64,000 nucleotides of DNA from a virus (lineage: Duplodnaviria > Caudoviricetes). Below the pieces are notes generated by a model that was not told the DNA's origin, made no database searches, and saw only the letters and a list, made by a program, of their open reading frames with translations. The stretch lies in IMG/VR virus record IMGVR_UViG_2706795806_000001, positions 35,731 through 99,730 of that record; one strand, 5' to 3'. Below, in pieces: positions 55,343 through 64,000 of the stretch (positions within the stretch are counted from its first letter, which is position 1; every line of letters starts with the position of its first letter). The translations under genes were made by a program, and so were the position numbers.

Positions 55343-56353
55343 ATGGAGAATATTGATTATGTAGCGTTGTCAAAAAGCCGTTACACAGACCAGTTTGACT
55401 ATGACCCTACATTCAACGCTATTGTCCAGACTCTTATTGAATATAAAATGAGAGTTCAAGGACTCTACATAAATTTTGCTGACACAATTCTTGATATCGA
55501 CAAGTCTACTGGAAAGAACTTAGACTTGATCGGTTCGATTGTTGGTCAGGAACGTGTTCTGGTAGATTACTATGCAAACCCTTTCTTTGGTTTTGATGGT
55601 AATCCAAAGGCAGAACCTTTTGACAAAGGGCTTTGGTACTCATTGTTTAGTGACAGTGGTGGTGATAGTCGTATCTTGTCTGATGAAGAGTACAGAAGAG
55701 TTATTAAAGCTCGTATCATTCGTAATAAGACAAACTGCACAAGAAAGGATTTTACAGACATTATGTACCTCCTTCTTGGGTACAGTAGTGAAGTACCTAG
55801 AAACTATGTGGTTAGCTCTCATGAGGAAAAGGTTGGAAATCCTGAATATGTTTTATACCAAAACAGTAAACTTTTAAATGAGGCATATTCTACTGGGGAA
55901 GTTACTATCAGTTTCGATGTCAAGGTTGAAGGTGGAGATGGTGGTATTAGGGTTTACAGTTCAAATGGTAATGTTGATTGGTCTTTCACAGGTGATGTTA
56001 ATGGAGTAACTTCAACATACCAAAGGAAGACTATCACAGTTAAGCCTAGAAGAGTTGTAGCGAATAACTCAGGGATTTCTAAATTAGAGTTCCACGCATT
56101 TCCAACAGGTTCAAAACGGAAAGTATTTGTTAAAAATATTAAAGTTGAGATTGGATCAAAAGCTACATCATGGACTCCAGCACCAGAGGATTTATTTCAG
56201 TTGGATAGCAAGTCTCATGGAAATATTGACTTGACCTTCCCTAAAGGGTTCTCAAGTGATTTTGTTGCATACTTCTTGTCAAAGATGGATGACCTAGACT
56301 CACTTATTCCAAGACCACTGGGATACAAATTAAACGTATATATTAGGAGTTGA
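55343..56353 (+). CDS. DUF2612-like baseplate wedge protein with inserted CBM-like domain
   Basis: GKNLDLIGSIVG, FFGF, LSDEEYRRVIKARI, PRPLG. Confidence 0.85.
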   Translation: MENIDYVALSKSRYTDQFDYDPTFNAIVQTLIEYKMRVQGLYINFADTILDIDKSTGKNLDLIGSIVGQERVLVDYYANPFFGFDGNPKAEPFDKGLWYSLFSDSGGDSRILSDEEYRRVIKARIIRNKTNCTRKDFTDIMYLLLGYSSEVPRNYVVSSHEEKVGNPEYVLYQNSKLLNEAYSTGEVTISFDVKVEGGDGGIRVYSSNGNVDWSFTGDVNGVTSTYQRKTITVKPRRVVANNSGISKLEFHAFPTGSKRKVFVKNIKVEIGSKATSWTPAPEDLFQLDSKSHGNIDLTFPKGFSSDFVAYFLSKMDDLDSLIPRPLGYKLNVYIRS

Positions 56354-56355
56354 CA

Positions 56356-57216
56356 ATGAGACTTAAAGTAGAAGTATTTTTTAAAGTTAGTGTATGGGAT
56401 AAAAAATTCCTATTATCTGACACAATGGTTGACTGGACAAAAGCGACAGTAACTGATCAAGGTCTTGATAGAGTTGGTGATAGTTATTGGATTGGTGGTG
56501 TTCATGTCGGTGGTGGAACTTCAGCATTTACTGAAAGTTCTAATGGCTTGGAAGCCTTCTTCAACTACAACTCAAAACCTAGCAAAGATACTTCTTCTGT
56601 CTCAAAAGGCGAGGAAGTTATTACTTGGGTTAGAGAGATGGAGTACAGATTTACTAAGGAAGATTTAGGAGATAGAGATATTTCTGAAGTTTCTCTTTCT
56701 TGGGATCGTGACCCGAAGACAGCTTCAGCACTTCTTAACCTCCCTGAAGGTGTAGGCTTTACAAAAGATCAGGAGTTAGTCATTACTTGCAAGGTTCATG
56801 TTATCGAAGATTTAGATGACATTGAAGTTGGTGAGGTTGACTTTGGTGCATCTAAGCACACTTACACGATCAAGCCTTGCTTCTTTGAAAAATTTAAGAA
56901 TGCTTATATTGGCTCTCCTTTGACTCAGAAGGACGGAAGAGTCTACAGTGGTGAAATACCAATAGATCAGGCTAAAGAGCCAACAGGGAGCATTGACACG
57001 AATCTAGCGGTATTTAACAACTATACTTACGAGACACGTAGTAGAACATTCAGTAATTTCTTTACTTTGAGTTCTCCAAATGCTGTAACTCGTACAGTAA
57101 CTTCACATACATACGGATTGCCAAGTGCCTTCGGTGTACAGTTTGACCCTCCTATTGACAAAGACTTCAATAGAGAGTTGACATTAAACTTTAAGATTAA
57201 CTGGGATAGAGGATAA
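56356..57216 (+). CDS. putative tail/baseplate protein
   Basis: VTDQGLD, FDPPIDK...WDR; position. Confidence 0.6.
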   Translation: MRLKVEVFFKVSVWDKKFLLSDTMVDWTKATVTDQGLDRVGDSYWIGGVHVGGGTSAFTESSNGLEAFFNYNSKPSKDTSSVSKGEEVITWVREMEYRFTKEDLGDRDISEVSLSWDRDPKTASALLNLPEGVGFTKDQELVITCKVHVIEDLDDIEVGEVDFGASKHTYTIKPCFFEKFKNAYIGSPLTQKDGRVYSGEIPIDQAKEPTGSIDTNLAVFNNYTYETRSRTFSNFFTLSSPNAVTRTVTSHTYGLPSAFGVQFDPPIDKDFNRELTLNFKINWDRG

Positions 57217-57221
57217 TAATT

Positions 57222-58301
57222 ATGGTAGCTATAGTAAAACCTGACTTTGAAAATATTTGGGCTTCAGAGGGTGGAGTTGCACCTCCTACATTGGATCAGA
57301 TTCTTTCTGGTTGGAAGCAAAACCAGTTCCCTCCATCGGAGATTTCTAACTTCCTACAAAAGCGTGTAGATAGTGCTATTGCCTACCTATACCAAAATGG
57401 ATTGCCAGACTGGGACAAGAAAATTGAATACCAAAAAGCAAGCCTTGTCAAGTACGAAGGTAAACACTACATTTCAAAGACTGTAAACATTAACAAAGTC
57501 CCTAGAGCTGAGTCTCCAGACTGGACAATTGCTTTTGATGCCTATGGTGCTAGTAATGACCTACGTGCTGAGATAGCGAAGATTATGGGTGTGGATGGAT
57601 ATGTTCCATTCTATGTTAAAAAATCTGATCCAATTATGACATCTAAAGCGAAAGCTCCTTCTTTTGAAGCTGATGTTGCTCTGACAAATGGTTTCTCTTT
57701 CAAGGGCTATAAGTCTGGTATGTATTCTCTTGGTGGTGATCTTTTGTTTGTCTCAGGTGGTGTTACAAATGGACGTATTAAAAACACTCCTCCTACACTA
57801 GAGATGAATGATGATACTCTTGTTACAACAGCACTTTTAAACAAAGTGATTGAGCAAATCAAGAAAGATACTCAGATTCCTATTGGTTGGTCTGTTATTA
57901 CAACTAATAAAAAGCCACCAAGCGATAAAGATCAGTTGGGATATGGGACATGGAAGCTTGATGTACAAGGTCGTGCATTAGTTGGAGCAAACGATAGTAC
58001 AGCTATTAATGCTCCAGAGTGGACAATGGATGCTGACTCCCAACATGGAGAGTATGAACATACTGTGACAATTGCCGAGTTGCCACGACACAGAATGTCT
58101 TTCCCTGCCGATGACCAATTAATTGAGTCTTTCGACTTGGAGAGAAATAAAGACCTACAAGGTCGGGGTTATGATGCAAAATCTTCACAAGAGTCTAAAT
58201 GGGCTTCTGGGTGGGCTTTCACAAACTATGTTGGAGAAGGTAAGCCGATGAATGTCGTTCAGCCTTCACAAGTTAAATTCATTTGGACAAGGATCACATA
58301 A
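57222..58301 (+). CDS. tail fibre protein
   Basis: IWASEG...YQNGLPDWD N-terminus; GYGTW...GRALVG, GEYEHTVTIAELPRH, NVVQPS. Confidence 0.85.
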   Translation: MVAIVKPDFENIWASEGGVAPPTLDQILSGWKQNQFPPSEISNFLQKRVDSAIAYLYQNGLPDWDKKIEYQKASLVKYEGKHYISKTVNINKVPRAESPDWTIAFDAYGASNDLRAEIAKIMGVDGYVPFYVKKSDPIMTSKAKAPSFEADVALTNGFSFKGYKSGMYSLGGDLLFVSGGVTNGRIKNTPPTLEMNDDTLVTTALLNKVIEQIKKDTQIPIGWSVITTNKKPPSDKDQLGYGTWKLDVQGRALVGANDSTAINAPEWTMDADSQHGEYEHTVTIAELPRHRMSFPADDQLIESFDLERNKDLQGRGYDAKSSQESKWASGWAFTNYVGEGKPMNVVQPSQVKFIWTRIT

Positions 58302-58302
58302 T

Positions 58303-58707
58303 ATGGAATTAGTAACAAGTCTTCTCACTTTCGCTAAAGGCGTTTTTCCAGCAACTGTTGGATCAATAATCGCTGTTTGGCGAAAGCGAAAGGAGGTGAA
58401 ATTAGAAGAGATGAGTGTATTCCAAAGGATGTCTTTGGTGGTTGTGATTATTTGTGCAATCATCGTTGGTGTCTGTATTGGTAAGTGGGTTGGTGGAGCA
58501 ATTGCTTTATACTTTGGTATAGAACAAGGGGTTCAGGTTGTGTTGATCGAGTTTGCAACTGCCTTAAATGGCTTGAAAATTGTTGACAGCCTCATCAAAG
58601 GGGCTGAGTCTGCTCTTGATATAGTAACAGAAAATATACCGATTTTAATCAACAAAGTTGTCAGTGCTATCTCAGATAAGATTGACAAACTATTCGGTAA
58701 GAAATGA
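58303..58707 (+). CDS. putative holin/membrane protein
   Basis: Several TM helices near the endolysin. Confidence 0.6.
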   Translation: MELVTSLLTFAKGVFPATVGSIIAVWRKRKEVKLEEMSVFQRMSLVVVIICAIIVGVCIGKWVGGAIALYFGIEQGVQVVLIEFATALNGLKIVDSLIKGAESALDIVTENIPILINKVVSAISDKIDKLFGKK

Positions 58708-58719
58708 GAGGTCTAAAAG

Positions 58720-59043
58720 ATGATCATCCTAATAACACAATTTGTAATTTTGGTTTTTGGTTTGCTTTGCTTGTACTGCGAAGTCTCAGATAAATACCGT
58801 GACTGTAACTGGCATGTTTCAGTTCGTTGGGTATTGATGATGGCTAGTATTTTAATAGCATTCAAAGTGAGCTTAATTGCCTCTGCACCAATTCTAGCTC
58901 AGATTGGTGTCCTATTCGCAACATGCCTAACTGCTAAATTTTTATATCGAAAGGTTTTAAAACGGCAGATTAGGATCAAGAATTTTAAACTAAAGAAACT
59001 TTATCTAGGAGACTTGTATGTCAAAAGTATTAACAGGAAATGA
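58720..59043 (+). CDS. putative holin/antiholin membrane protein
   Basis: Three hydrophobic segments, basic C-terminus. Confidence 0.55.
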   Translation: MIILITQFVILVFGLLCLYCEVSDKYRDCNWHVSVRWVLMMASILIAFKVSLIASAPILAQIGVLFATCLTAKFLYRKVLKRQIRIKNFKLKKLYLGDLYVKSINRK

Positions 59044-60226
59044 AACAGTAAGTATTGTAGGTAACTTTGCAAAATCAAAAGCTACTCTGAAGGAGATCGC
59101 AAGTTTTGCAGTAGTAGATGGTGGAGTTACTGAAGAGTTTGTTACTGAAGCTGTAAAGCCGAAAGCTGATAAGGTTTATGTAGATGCAGAGTTAAGTAAA
59201 AAGGCAAATGCTTCAGCACTAAATAAGGCTGGAGTAGGTCTTGGTAATGTTGATAATACTTCAGATGCCAATAAGCCTGTATCAACAGCTCAAAAAACAG
59301 CTTTGGATTTAAAGGCTGATAAAACAGCTTTGGATTTAAAGGCTGATAAAACCTCTCTAAACAAATCTGGAGTAGGTCTTGGTAATGTTGATAATACTGC
59401 TGACTCAGCAAAGCCAGTAAGTACGGCACAGAAGAGTGCTTTAGATAAGAAAGTTGACCTTGCTGGTTTGCTCAAGACTATCGAGGCTACCCCAGCCATT
59501 GTTCATACTGGAGAGGGTGAAATTGATTGCCATAAATTAGATTATGGACAACATCTTATTCGTAGTGACAATGCTATTAATGCACCTCCAGACACCAAGA
59601 TTACTCTTCTCTATGTCGTCAAAACACATGATGAAGTTGGTTCAGGTGGTATTGGTCAGGTGTTAAAACCTTCTGACTTTGAGCAAGGTACTATTAGTGA
59701 GAGTTCTAGTGTTGGCACTGATTACGAGCTTGCTAAATACCCTCCAACAGAACCGCTACATGGCTCTAGGATTAGGAGTATCAAACCTATACCAATTACT
59801 GAATTTTCAACCGTTTCAGTAGCGGAAGGTTTTGAATATTCTGTATTAGCTTTTGATGAGAATCAGAAATATTTAGGACGAAGTTCATTTATGGTGTGGT
59901 CTGGAAATCCTAGACTTACATACCCAAATGCGAAGTTCATAGCTGTAGCAGTTAAGAAAGTCGGTCAGAATGTTCCTATTACCCCAGAAGAGGCAACACA
60001 AGCTAAGTTGACAGTAACGACTCTTGGACAAACATCTGGTGGATCAAAATTACTGATTGCATGGGGTGCTACAATGGGTGACTTGCATACATGTGTGAAC
60101 ATTTCTGGAGCTTGGTCATCTTGGTCTAGGATTGGTTCAGTAATACCAAAAGATGCAAACGAGGGGGATCATCTGGTCTTCCGTTCAGGAAAATGGGTTG
60201 CAGAAGCACCTAAACCAACAGTTTAA
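59018..60226 (+). CDS. fibre-like structural protein
   Basis: VGLGNVDNT..KPVSTAQ repeats, WSSWSRI motif. Confidence 0.7.
   Translation: MSKVLTGNETVSIVGNFAKSKATLKEIASFAVVDGGVTEEFVTEAVKPKADKVYVDAELSKKANASALNKAGVGLGNVDNTSDANKPVSTAQKTALDLKADKTALDLKADKTSLNKSGVGLGNVDNTADSAKPVSTAQKSALDKKVDLAGLLKTIEATPAIVHTGEGEIDCHKLDYGQHLIRSDNAINAPPDTKITLLYVVKTHDEVGSGGIGQVLKPSDFEQGTISESSSVGTDYELAKYPPTEPLHGSRIRSIKPIPITEFSTVSVAEGFEYSVLAFDENQKYLGRSSFMVWSGNPRLTYPNAKFIAVAVKKVGQNVPITPEEATQAKLTVTTLGQTSGGSKLLIAWGATMGDLHTCVNISGAWSSWSRIGSVIPKDANEGDHLVFRSGKWVAEAPKPTV
59229..59430 (+). repeat. internal direct repeats
   Basis: CTGGAGTAGGTCTTGGTAATGTTGATAATACT x2; tandem 27-bp AAAACAGCTTTGGATTTAAAGGCTGAT x2. Confidence 0.85.
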
Positions 60227-60244
60227 TATAAGGAGAAGTAGAAA

Positions 60245-60505
60245 ATGGCTTTGACAGGAAATGAAGTAGTTTTAGTAATTGGAAATCAAGCACAAACTTT
60301 TGCAACACTTAATGAACTTAAAGAGTTCTTGGGTGGTGAAGGTGGTGTCACTGAAGATCAATTGAAGACTAAAGCAGATAAAACTTATGTGGATAATAAA
60401 TTAAAGTTAAAATTTGATATCCCAACAAATGAAGCACCCAAAGATGGTGCTAGTTTAATTTTTGCGAATGGTAAATGGGAAATCTCAAACCCAGTACCAA
60501 TTTAA
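60245..60505 (+). CDS. miniature paralog of the 59018 protein
   Basis: Shares LTGNE, GGVTE, KADKxYVD and GKW end. Confidence 0.75.
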   Translation: MALTGNEVVLVIGNQAQTFATLNELKEFLGGEGGVTEDQLKTKADKTYVDNKLKLKFDIPTNEAPKDGASLIFANGKWEISNPVPI

Positions 60506-60514
60506 GGAGTATTT

Positions 60515-61135
60515 ATGACAGACTATTCAAATATGATCCCTCAAGCCTACTCATGGCTTCGGGGTATGTCTGGCGGTAAACTTGCACAAACTCAAGTAAC
60601 TGCTGGGGATATGGTAATTAGTAAACTTGGCTTTCCAGTGTTTGCTGATATGATTGGATTCACCTACACAACAGTTGGAGTGACAGGTCAGTGGGATATC
60701 TCATCTGTCGGGTACGACTTAATCAAGCAGTTTGAAGGTTTCAGGGCTGATGCTTACCTTGATACTGGAGGTGTTTGGACTATTGGATATGGTACGATTA
60801 AGTATCCAAATGGTGTACGTGTTAAGAAGGGTGACAAGGTAACGATGGATCAAGCTTTAACTTATCTGAAGAGTGATTGTGGTTGGGTTGATTCTTGCCT
60901 TGACTCTAAAGTTAAAGTTAAGATTTCTCAACAGCAGTTCGATGCCCTTGCAAGCTTCGTATACAACGTAGGAGAGTCGCAATTCAGTTCTAGTACCCTA
61001 CTAAGGAAAATCAACTTAGGGGACTTTAAAGGGGCAGGGAATGAGTTTGACAGATGGGTATATGACAATGGTAAGAAGATTGATGGATTAGCTAACAGAA
61101 GAGCTAAAGAGAAGTCAGTATTTTTAAACGGATAA
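60515..61135 (+). CDS. endolysin, GH24 lysozyme
   Basis: FEG...YLDTGGVWTIGYG (E-D-T triad), FDALASFVYNVG, GLANRRAKE. Confidence 0.95.
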   Translation: MTDYSNMIPQAYSWLRGMSGGKLAQTQVTAGDMVISKLGFPVFADMIGFTYTTVGVTGQWDISSVGYDLIKQFEGFRADAYLDTGGVWTIGYGTIKYPNGVRVKKGDKVTMDQALTYLKSDCGWVDSCLDSKVKVKISQQQFDALASFVYNVGESQFSSSTLLRKINLGDFKGAGNEFDRWVYDNGKKIDGLANRRAKEKSVFLNG

Positions 61136-61167
61136 AAGAAAAGGGAGCATAAGCTCCCTATTTTTTG
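61136..61167. terminator. bidirectional terminator
   Basis: A-run, AGGGAGC-ATAA-GCTCCCT, T-run between convergent genes. Confidence 0.85.
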
Positions 61168-61174
61168 GTCTGTA

Positions 61175-61480
61175 CTATTTACAAGTTTTTAACATATCTT
61201 TTAGAAGCTCTCTATTCAGAAAAATGCTACCAAAGACGAGACCTTGCAAGTGTTCGGCATTACCACCTGAATCTTCAAACTCTTTTGTAAACTTTTCAAG
61301 CTTTTCATTTAACTTCTCAAAAGCATTTTCATTGAAATTTTCCTCAATGTATTGATTACCTTTTTCACTATCTAGTTTTGCCAGACTGATATACAAATCC
61401 TTATTTCGGATGATGTTTGCCAAAACCTTATTTGAACGTCTTAAAGCTTTATTTGCCAAAGCTTTTGATTTATTACTCAT
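61175..61480 (-). CDS. hypothetical protein
   Basis: AGGAG RBS. Confidence 0.75.
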   Translation of the reverse strand: MSNKSKALANKALRRSNKVLANIIRNKDLYISLAKLDSEKGNQYIEENFNENAFEKLNEKLEKFTKEFEDSGGNAEHLQGLVFGSIFLNRELLKDMLKTCK

Positions 61481-61489
61481 ATTTATCTC

Positions 61490-61636
61490 CTAATCAAATC
61501 CTATACCATTATAAGAAAGGTCATCAAAAGCTAGACCAGTCATTGACATTGCCTTCTTCATTGCATCATTGTAATTCGTAGCATACACTTTCAGAGTTAC
61601 ATTTTGAGAATGAATAATCTTAAAGAACTTTTTCAT
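61490..61636 (-). CDS. small protein, 48 aa (not in ORF track)
   Basis: GGAGG RBS. Confidence 0.6.
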   Translation of the reverse strand: MKKFFKIIHSQNVTLKVYATNYNDAMKKAMSMTGLAFDDLSYNGIGFD

Positions 61637-61681
61637 AAAACCTCCAGACAATAAAAAGGAGAGCCGAAGCTCCCCAAGTAG

Positions 61682-61816
61682 TTAAGCTGAGAACAAGCTT
61701 TGGTTTACACTTTTAGCAAAAGCTAAGAACATATCCTTTTCACGTTGATCTACACCTTTAGGTAAAACAACACGACCTTTATACTCACCACGTTTAACGA
61801 TTGATGTATTCTTCAT
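61682..61816 (-). CDS. small protein, 44 aa (not in ORF track)
   Basis: AAGGAG RBS; followed by a minus-strand terminator at ~61653-61676. Confidence 0.6.
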   Translation of the reverse strand: MKNTSIVKRGEYKGRVVLPKGVDQREKDMFLAFAKSVNQSLFSA

Positions 61817-61821
61817 AGTTA

Positions 61822-62289
61822 CTACTCCTTAATTAATGAAATTTTCAACATACGATTTGTTTTACTGTCGTACTCAGTTTCTACAGTATAACCAATTGAT
61901 TTTAAGATTGCAACTACATTTTTCATTCCAATCGAATCATCTATTGATACCTTCTTAACAACACCTTTTTTATTTACAGTGTCATGTAATCCAAATAAAG
62001 TAACTTCATCACGAAATTTCCATTCATTCTCAACGGAACTATTCCCATTTTGATACTCAACACTAGAACCTTTTCCAGATAGAGATAACAACTCTTTATA
62101 CAAAAAGTAGTTAGACCATCTTGAAAGAAGTGTTGATGGTGTTTGTGTGCTTACCTTGTCAAATGATACAGCCGTCTTACGATCAAGATTATCATAAATC
62201 TCAATCATAAATCTACCATTGGAATTCTTGAATGTTCGGAATCGTAGCTCCGTTATCTTTAATGGTTTACGGACTTCAATCTTATACAT
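61822..62289 (-). CDS. hypothetical protein
   Basis: GAGG RBS; 155 aa. Confidence 0.75.
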   Translation of the reverse strand: MYKIEVRKPLKITELRFRTFKNSNGRFMIEIYDNLDRKTAVSFDKVSTQTPSTLLSRWSNYFLYKELLSLSGKGSSVEYQNGNSSVENEWKFRDEVTLFGLHDTVNKKGVVKKVSIDDSIGMKNVVAILKSIGYTVETEYDSKTNRMLKISLIKE

Positions 62290-62333
62290 AATAAGAATAC
62301 CTCAAATTCTAAAACTGAATTTTACAACAGTAA

Positions 62334-62726
62334 TCAATCAAAGTCAAAAGAATTTTTATCAAAGATAATTAAATCAATCCCCATTTCTTTTGATGATTTT
62401 ATCATGTGTGTTGTCCCTGAACTAAAGTCATATCTAAAAGCTACAACCTTCATGTCAGCTCTACAAACAGCTTTACTTTTAATGTATTCAAGCATATCTA
62501 AATTCCTCACTGCTCCAGCCTTCTTCCCTAGTGCATCCCAGTCAGCAAACATTTCAGTGAATTTAATATTGTTACGCTTTGCATAAATTTTAGCAAATGT
62601 GTCAATACCTTTTGCACCTCCAGCTACCATTTCATGAACTTCATTTGGGTTGAAGTGTTCACTAAAATAGTTGTTAAATTCTTTATATGTAAATCCTGTT
62701 CTGCTTCCCGATACTAAAACAATCAT
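62334..62726 (-). CDS. SLOG-superfamily (YspA/DUF2493-like) protein
   Basis: VSGSR, AGGAKGIDTFA, ADW...AGAVRNLDM, SSGTTHMI. Confidence 0.85.
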   Translation of the reverse strand: MIVLVSGSRTGFTYKEFNNYFSEHFNPNEVHEMVAGGAKGIDTFAKIYAKRNNIKFTEMFADWDALGKKAGAVRNLDMLEYIKSKAVCRADMKVVAFRYDFSSGTTHMIKSSKEMGIDLIIFDKNSFDFD

Positions 62727-63517
62727 TAGAACTCCTCTTTAAAACTACGTGCCATTTCTAACTCTTTACGATTCTTTTCAAATTGTTCTAAGTTAGGTAC
62801 TTTATTGAAAACCTTACCAAGCAAGTCACCAAAAGACATACTCTCATTTTGTTCTTGTTGACATTGAGCAATACTGTTGTCTAAAGCTTTAAAGTAATCA
62901 TCTTCATTAATTGAATCATCTTCGTCTTGCTGATCAATAAAATCAAAATCATCAAATACAGGTTCAAAGTCTTCAAAAGAAGTAGGCTCAGGTTTTACTT
63001 CCTCTACAACATCTACAGGTTTTTTCTTCAAAAGTCCTTGAAGTTTGTTTTTAAGTTCTTCAGGGATTGAAACAGCTTTATCATTAACACCATAGTTTTT
63101 GAATTCGTTTTCCATAGAAGTTGGTTTAACATTTGAATTGTTAGGTTTAGAATTCTTAGGTTTAGAGAAAGGTTTCTTAACTGCATCTACAGATTTCTTT
63201 ACAACAGTCTTTACAGCTTCACCAATCATACCAAGAAGACCTTTTGCTTTCTCAGTTAGTGCATAGTGAGTTGTACGAAGATGTCCTCTGTCATGAGTAA
63301 CAATGATTAAACCATTATCAACTAATTTCTTTTTAGCTCGTTGAATTTGAGACTCAGATAAAGTTCCTTTGAAGTCTTCAGAGATTTGTTGGTTAGTACG
63401 ATAAACCTTATCCAAGTTGTATTCTTCAACCCAATATTTAATGTGGTTCAAAAGCAATGATGCTTGGATACCAACAATAACTGCAACTTCAGGTTTGTAA
63501 GCTTTAACTTGTGACAT
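62726..63517 (-). CDS. winged-HTH replication-initiator-like protein
   Basis: ASLLLNHIKYW...LSESQIQRAKKKLVDNGLI...THY; GAGGA RBS. Confidence 0.65.
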   Translation of the reverse strand: MSQVKAYKPEVAVIVGIQASLLLNHIKYWVEEYNLDKVYRTNQQISEDFKGTLSESQIQRAKKKLVDNGLIIVTHDRGHLRTTHYALTEKAKGLLGMIGEAVKTVVKKSVDAVKKPFSKPKNSKPNNSNVKPTSMENEFKNYGVNDKAVSIPEELKNKLQGLLKKKPVDVVEEVKPEPTSFEDFEPVFDDFDFIDQQDEDDSINEDDYFKALDNSIAQCQQEQNESMSFGDLLGKVFNKVPNLEQFEKNRKELEMARSFKEEF

Positions 63518-63630
63518 GATCGTATTCCTCTTTGATGACGCTATTCTATGCTTTTCGTTCTTAAAAATCAAACCCTTTTATTTTTTATTTTATTTAATTC
63601 TATTTATATTCTATTTATAACATTTTTCGG

Positions 63631-63718
63631 ATATGAAATTTGCATTCTTCGATTACGTTATTTGCATTCTTCGCTATTGAACAATCCAAATTTCTTATAT
63701 GAAATGTGCATATTGCAT
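63631..63718. repeat. iteron-like direct repeats with 22-bp phasing
   Basis: ATTTGCATTCTTCG at 63638 and 63660; ATATGAAAT(T/G)TGCAT at 63631 and 63697. Confidence 0.65.
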
Positions 63719-63874
63719 AAACGAAATATGGAATTTAAGGGTATTTGTCAGGAGGGAATCTTTAAGTAGGGGGTATTGAAATGATAAACAAATGTGTTGA
63801 CTTAGAATATTATTATTGTATATTAGATATATAAATAACTTCCTAACGGAAAGTATTAAAAATTGTAAAAGAAT

Positions 63875-63902
63875 ATAGTACCACAGAATCCCTATTTGTC
63901 AA
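63875..63902 (-). promoter_or_regulatory. extended -10 promoter (leftward)
   Basis: TTGACA-N16-TACTAT with CTGTGG before the -10 box. Confidence 0.65.
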
Positions 63903-64000
63903 GTAAAGTTTTGTAACCAGTTACACGACTTATACAATTGTGTCTATACAATTCTATTAAATTTATGTATAATAACTGCATATACAAAGAAGGAGGAAAT

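Noticed and set aside
1-64000. Integrase, transposase, intron/intein, DGR or retron reverse transcriptase
   Set aside because: No such motifs recognised; terL, portal and MCP appear uninterrupted

Overview
A 64-kb segment of an AT-rich, apparently lytic myovirus with a Felix O1/PAK_P1-like gene order. The host is probably Acinetobacter or a related Gammaproteobacterium; this is inferred from a PilA/ComP-type pilin leader and fibre domains and was not database-verified. Left to right: (1) 0-7.5 kb, rightward accessory genes, including a PRPP-synthetase-like + NAMPT-like pair matching the NARP1 NAD+ reconstitution anti-defence pathway, a methyltransferase-like gene and a PspA-like gene. (2) ~7.6-18 kb, a very AT-rich host-takeover-like island of short genes, most with their own sigma70 promoter and a shared 5' leader (ATACCAAGCAAACAAC), plus four covarying promoter-hairpins and several candidate sRNAs. 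(3) 18-23.5 kb, leftward small genes including a type IV pilin-like protein. (4) 24.2-27.9 kb, 21 tRNAs and one degenerate tRNA, interleaved with groES and several non-tRNA structured RNAs. (5) 28.5-61 kb, terminase, head, a ~2200-aa fibre, contractile tail, baseplate and lysis genes. (6) 61-64 kb, leftward SLOG-family and replication-initiator-like genes with iteron-like repeats. The most novel signal is a layer of non-coding RNA: covarying hairpins with the -10 box in the loop, a GGA-repeat CsrB/RsmZ-like sRNA, a four-way-junction RNA, and a circularly permuted (Y RNA-like) tRNA-elbow mimic inside the tRNA array. All folds were derived by eye and need computational and experimental confirmation.
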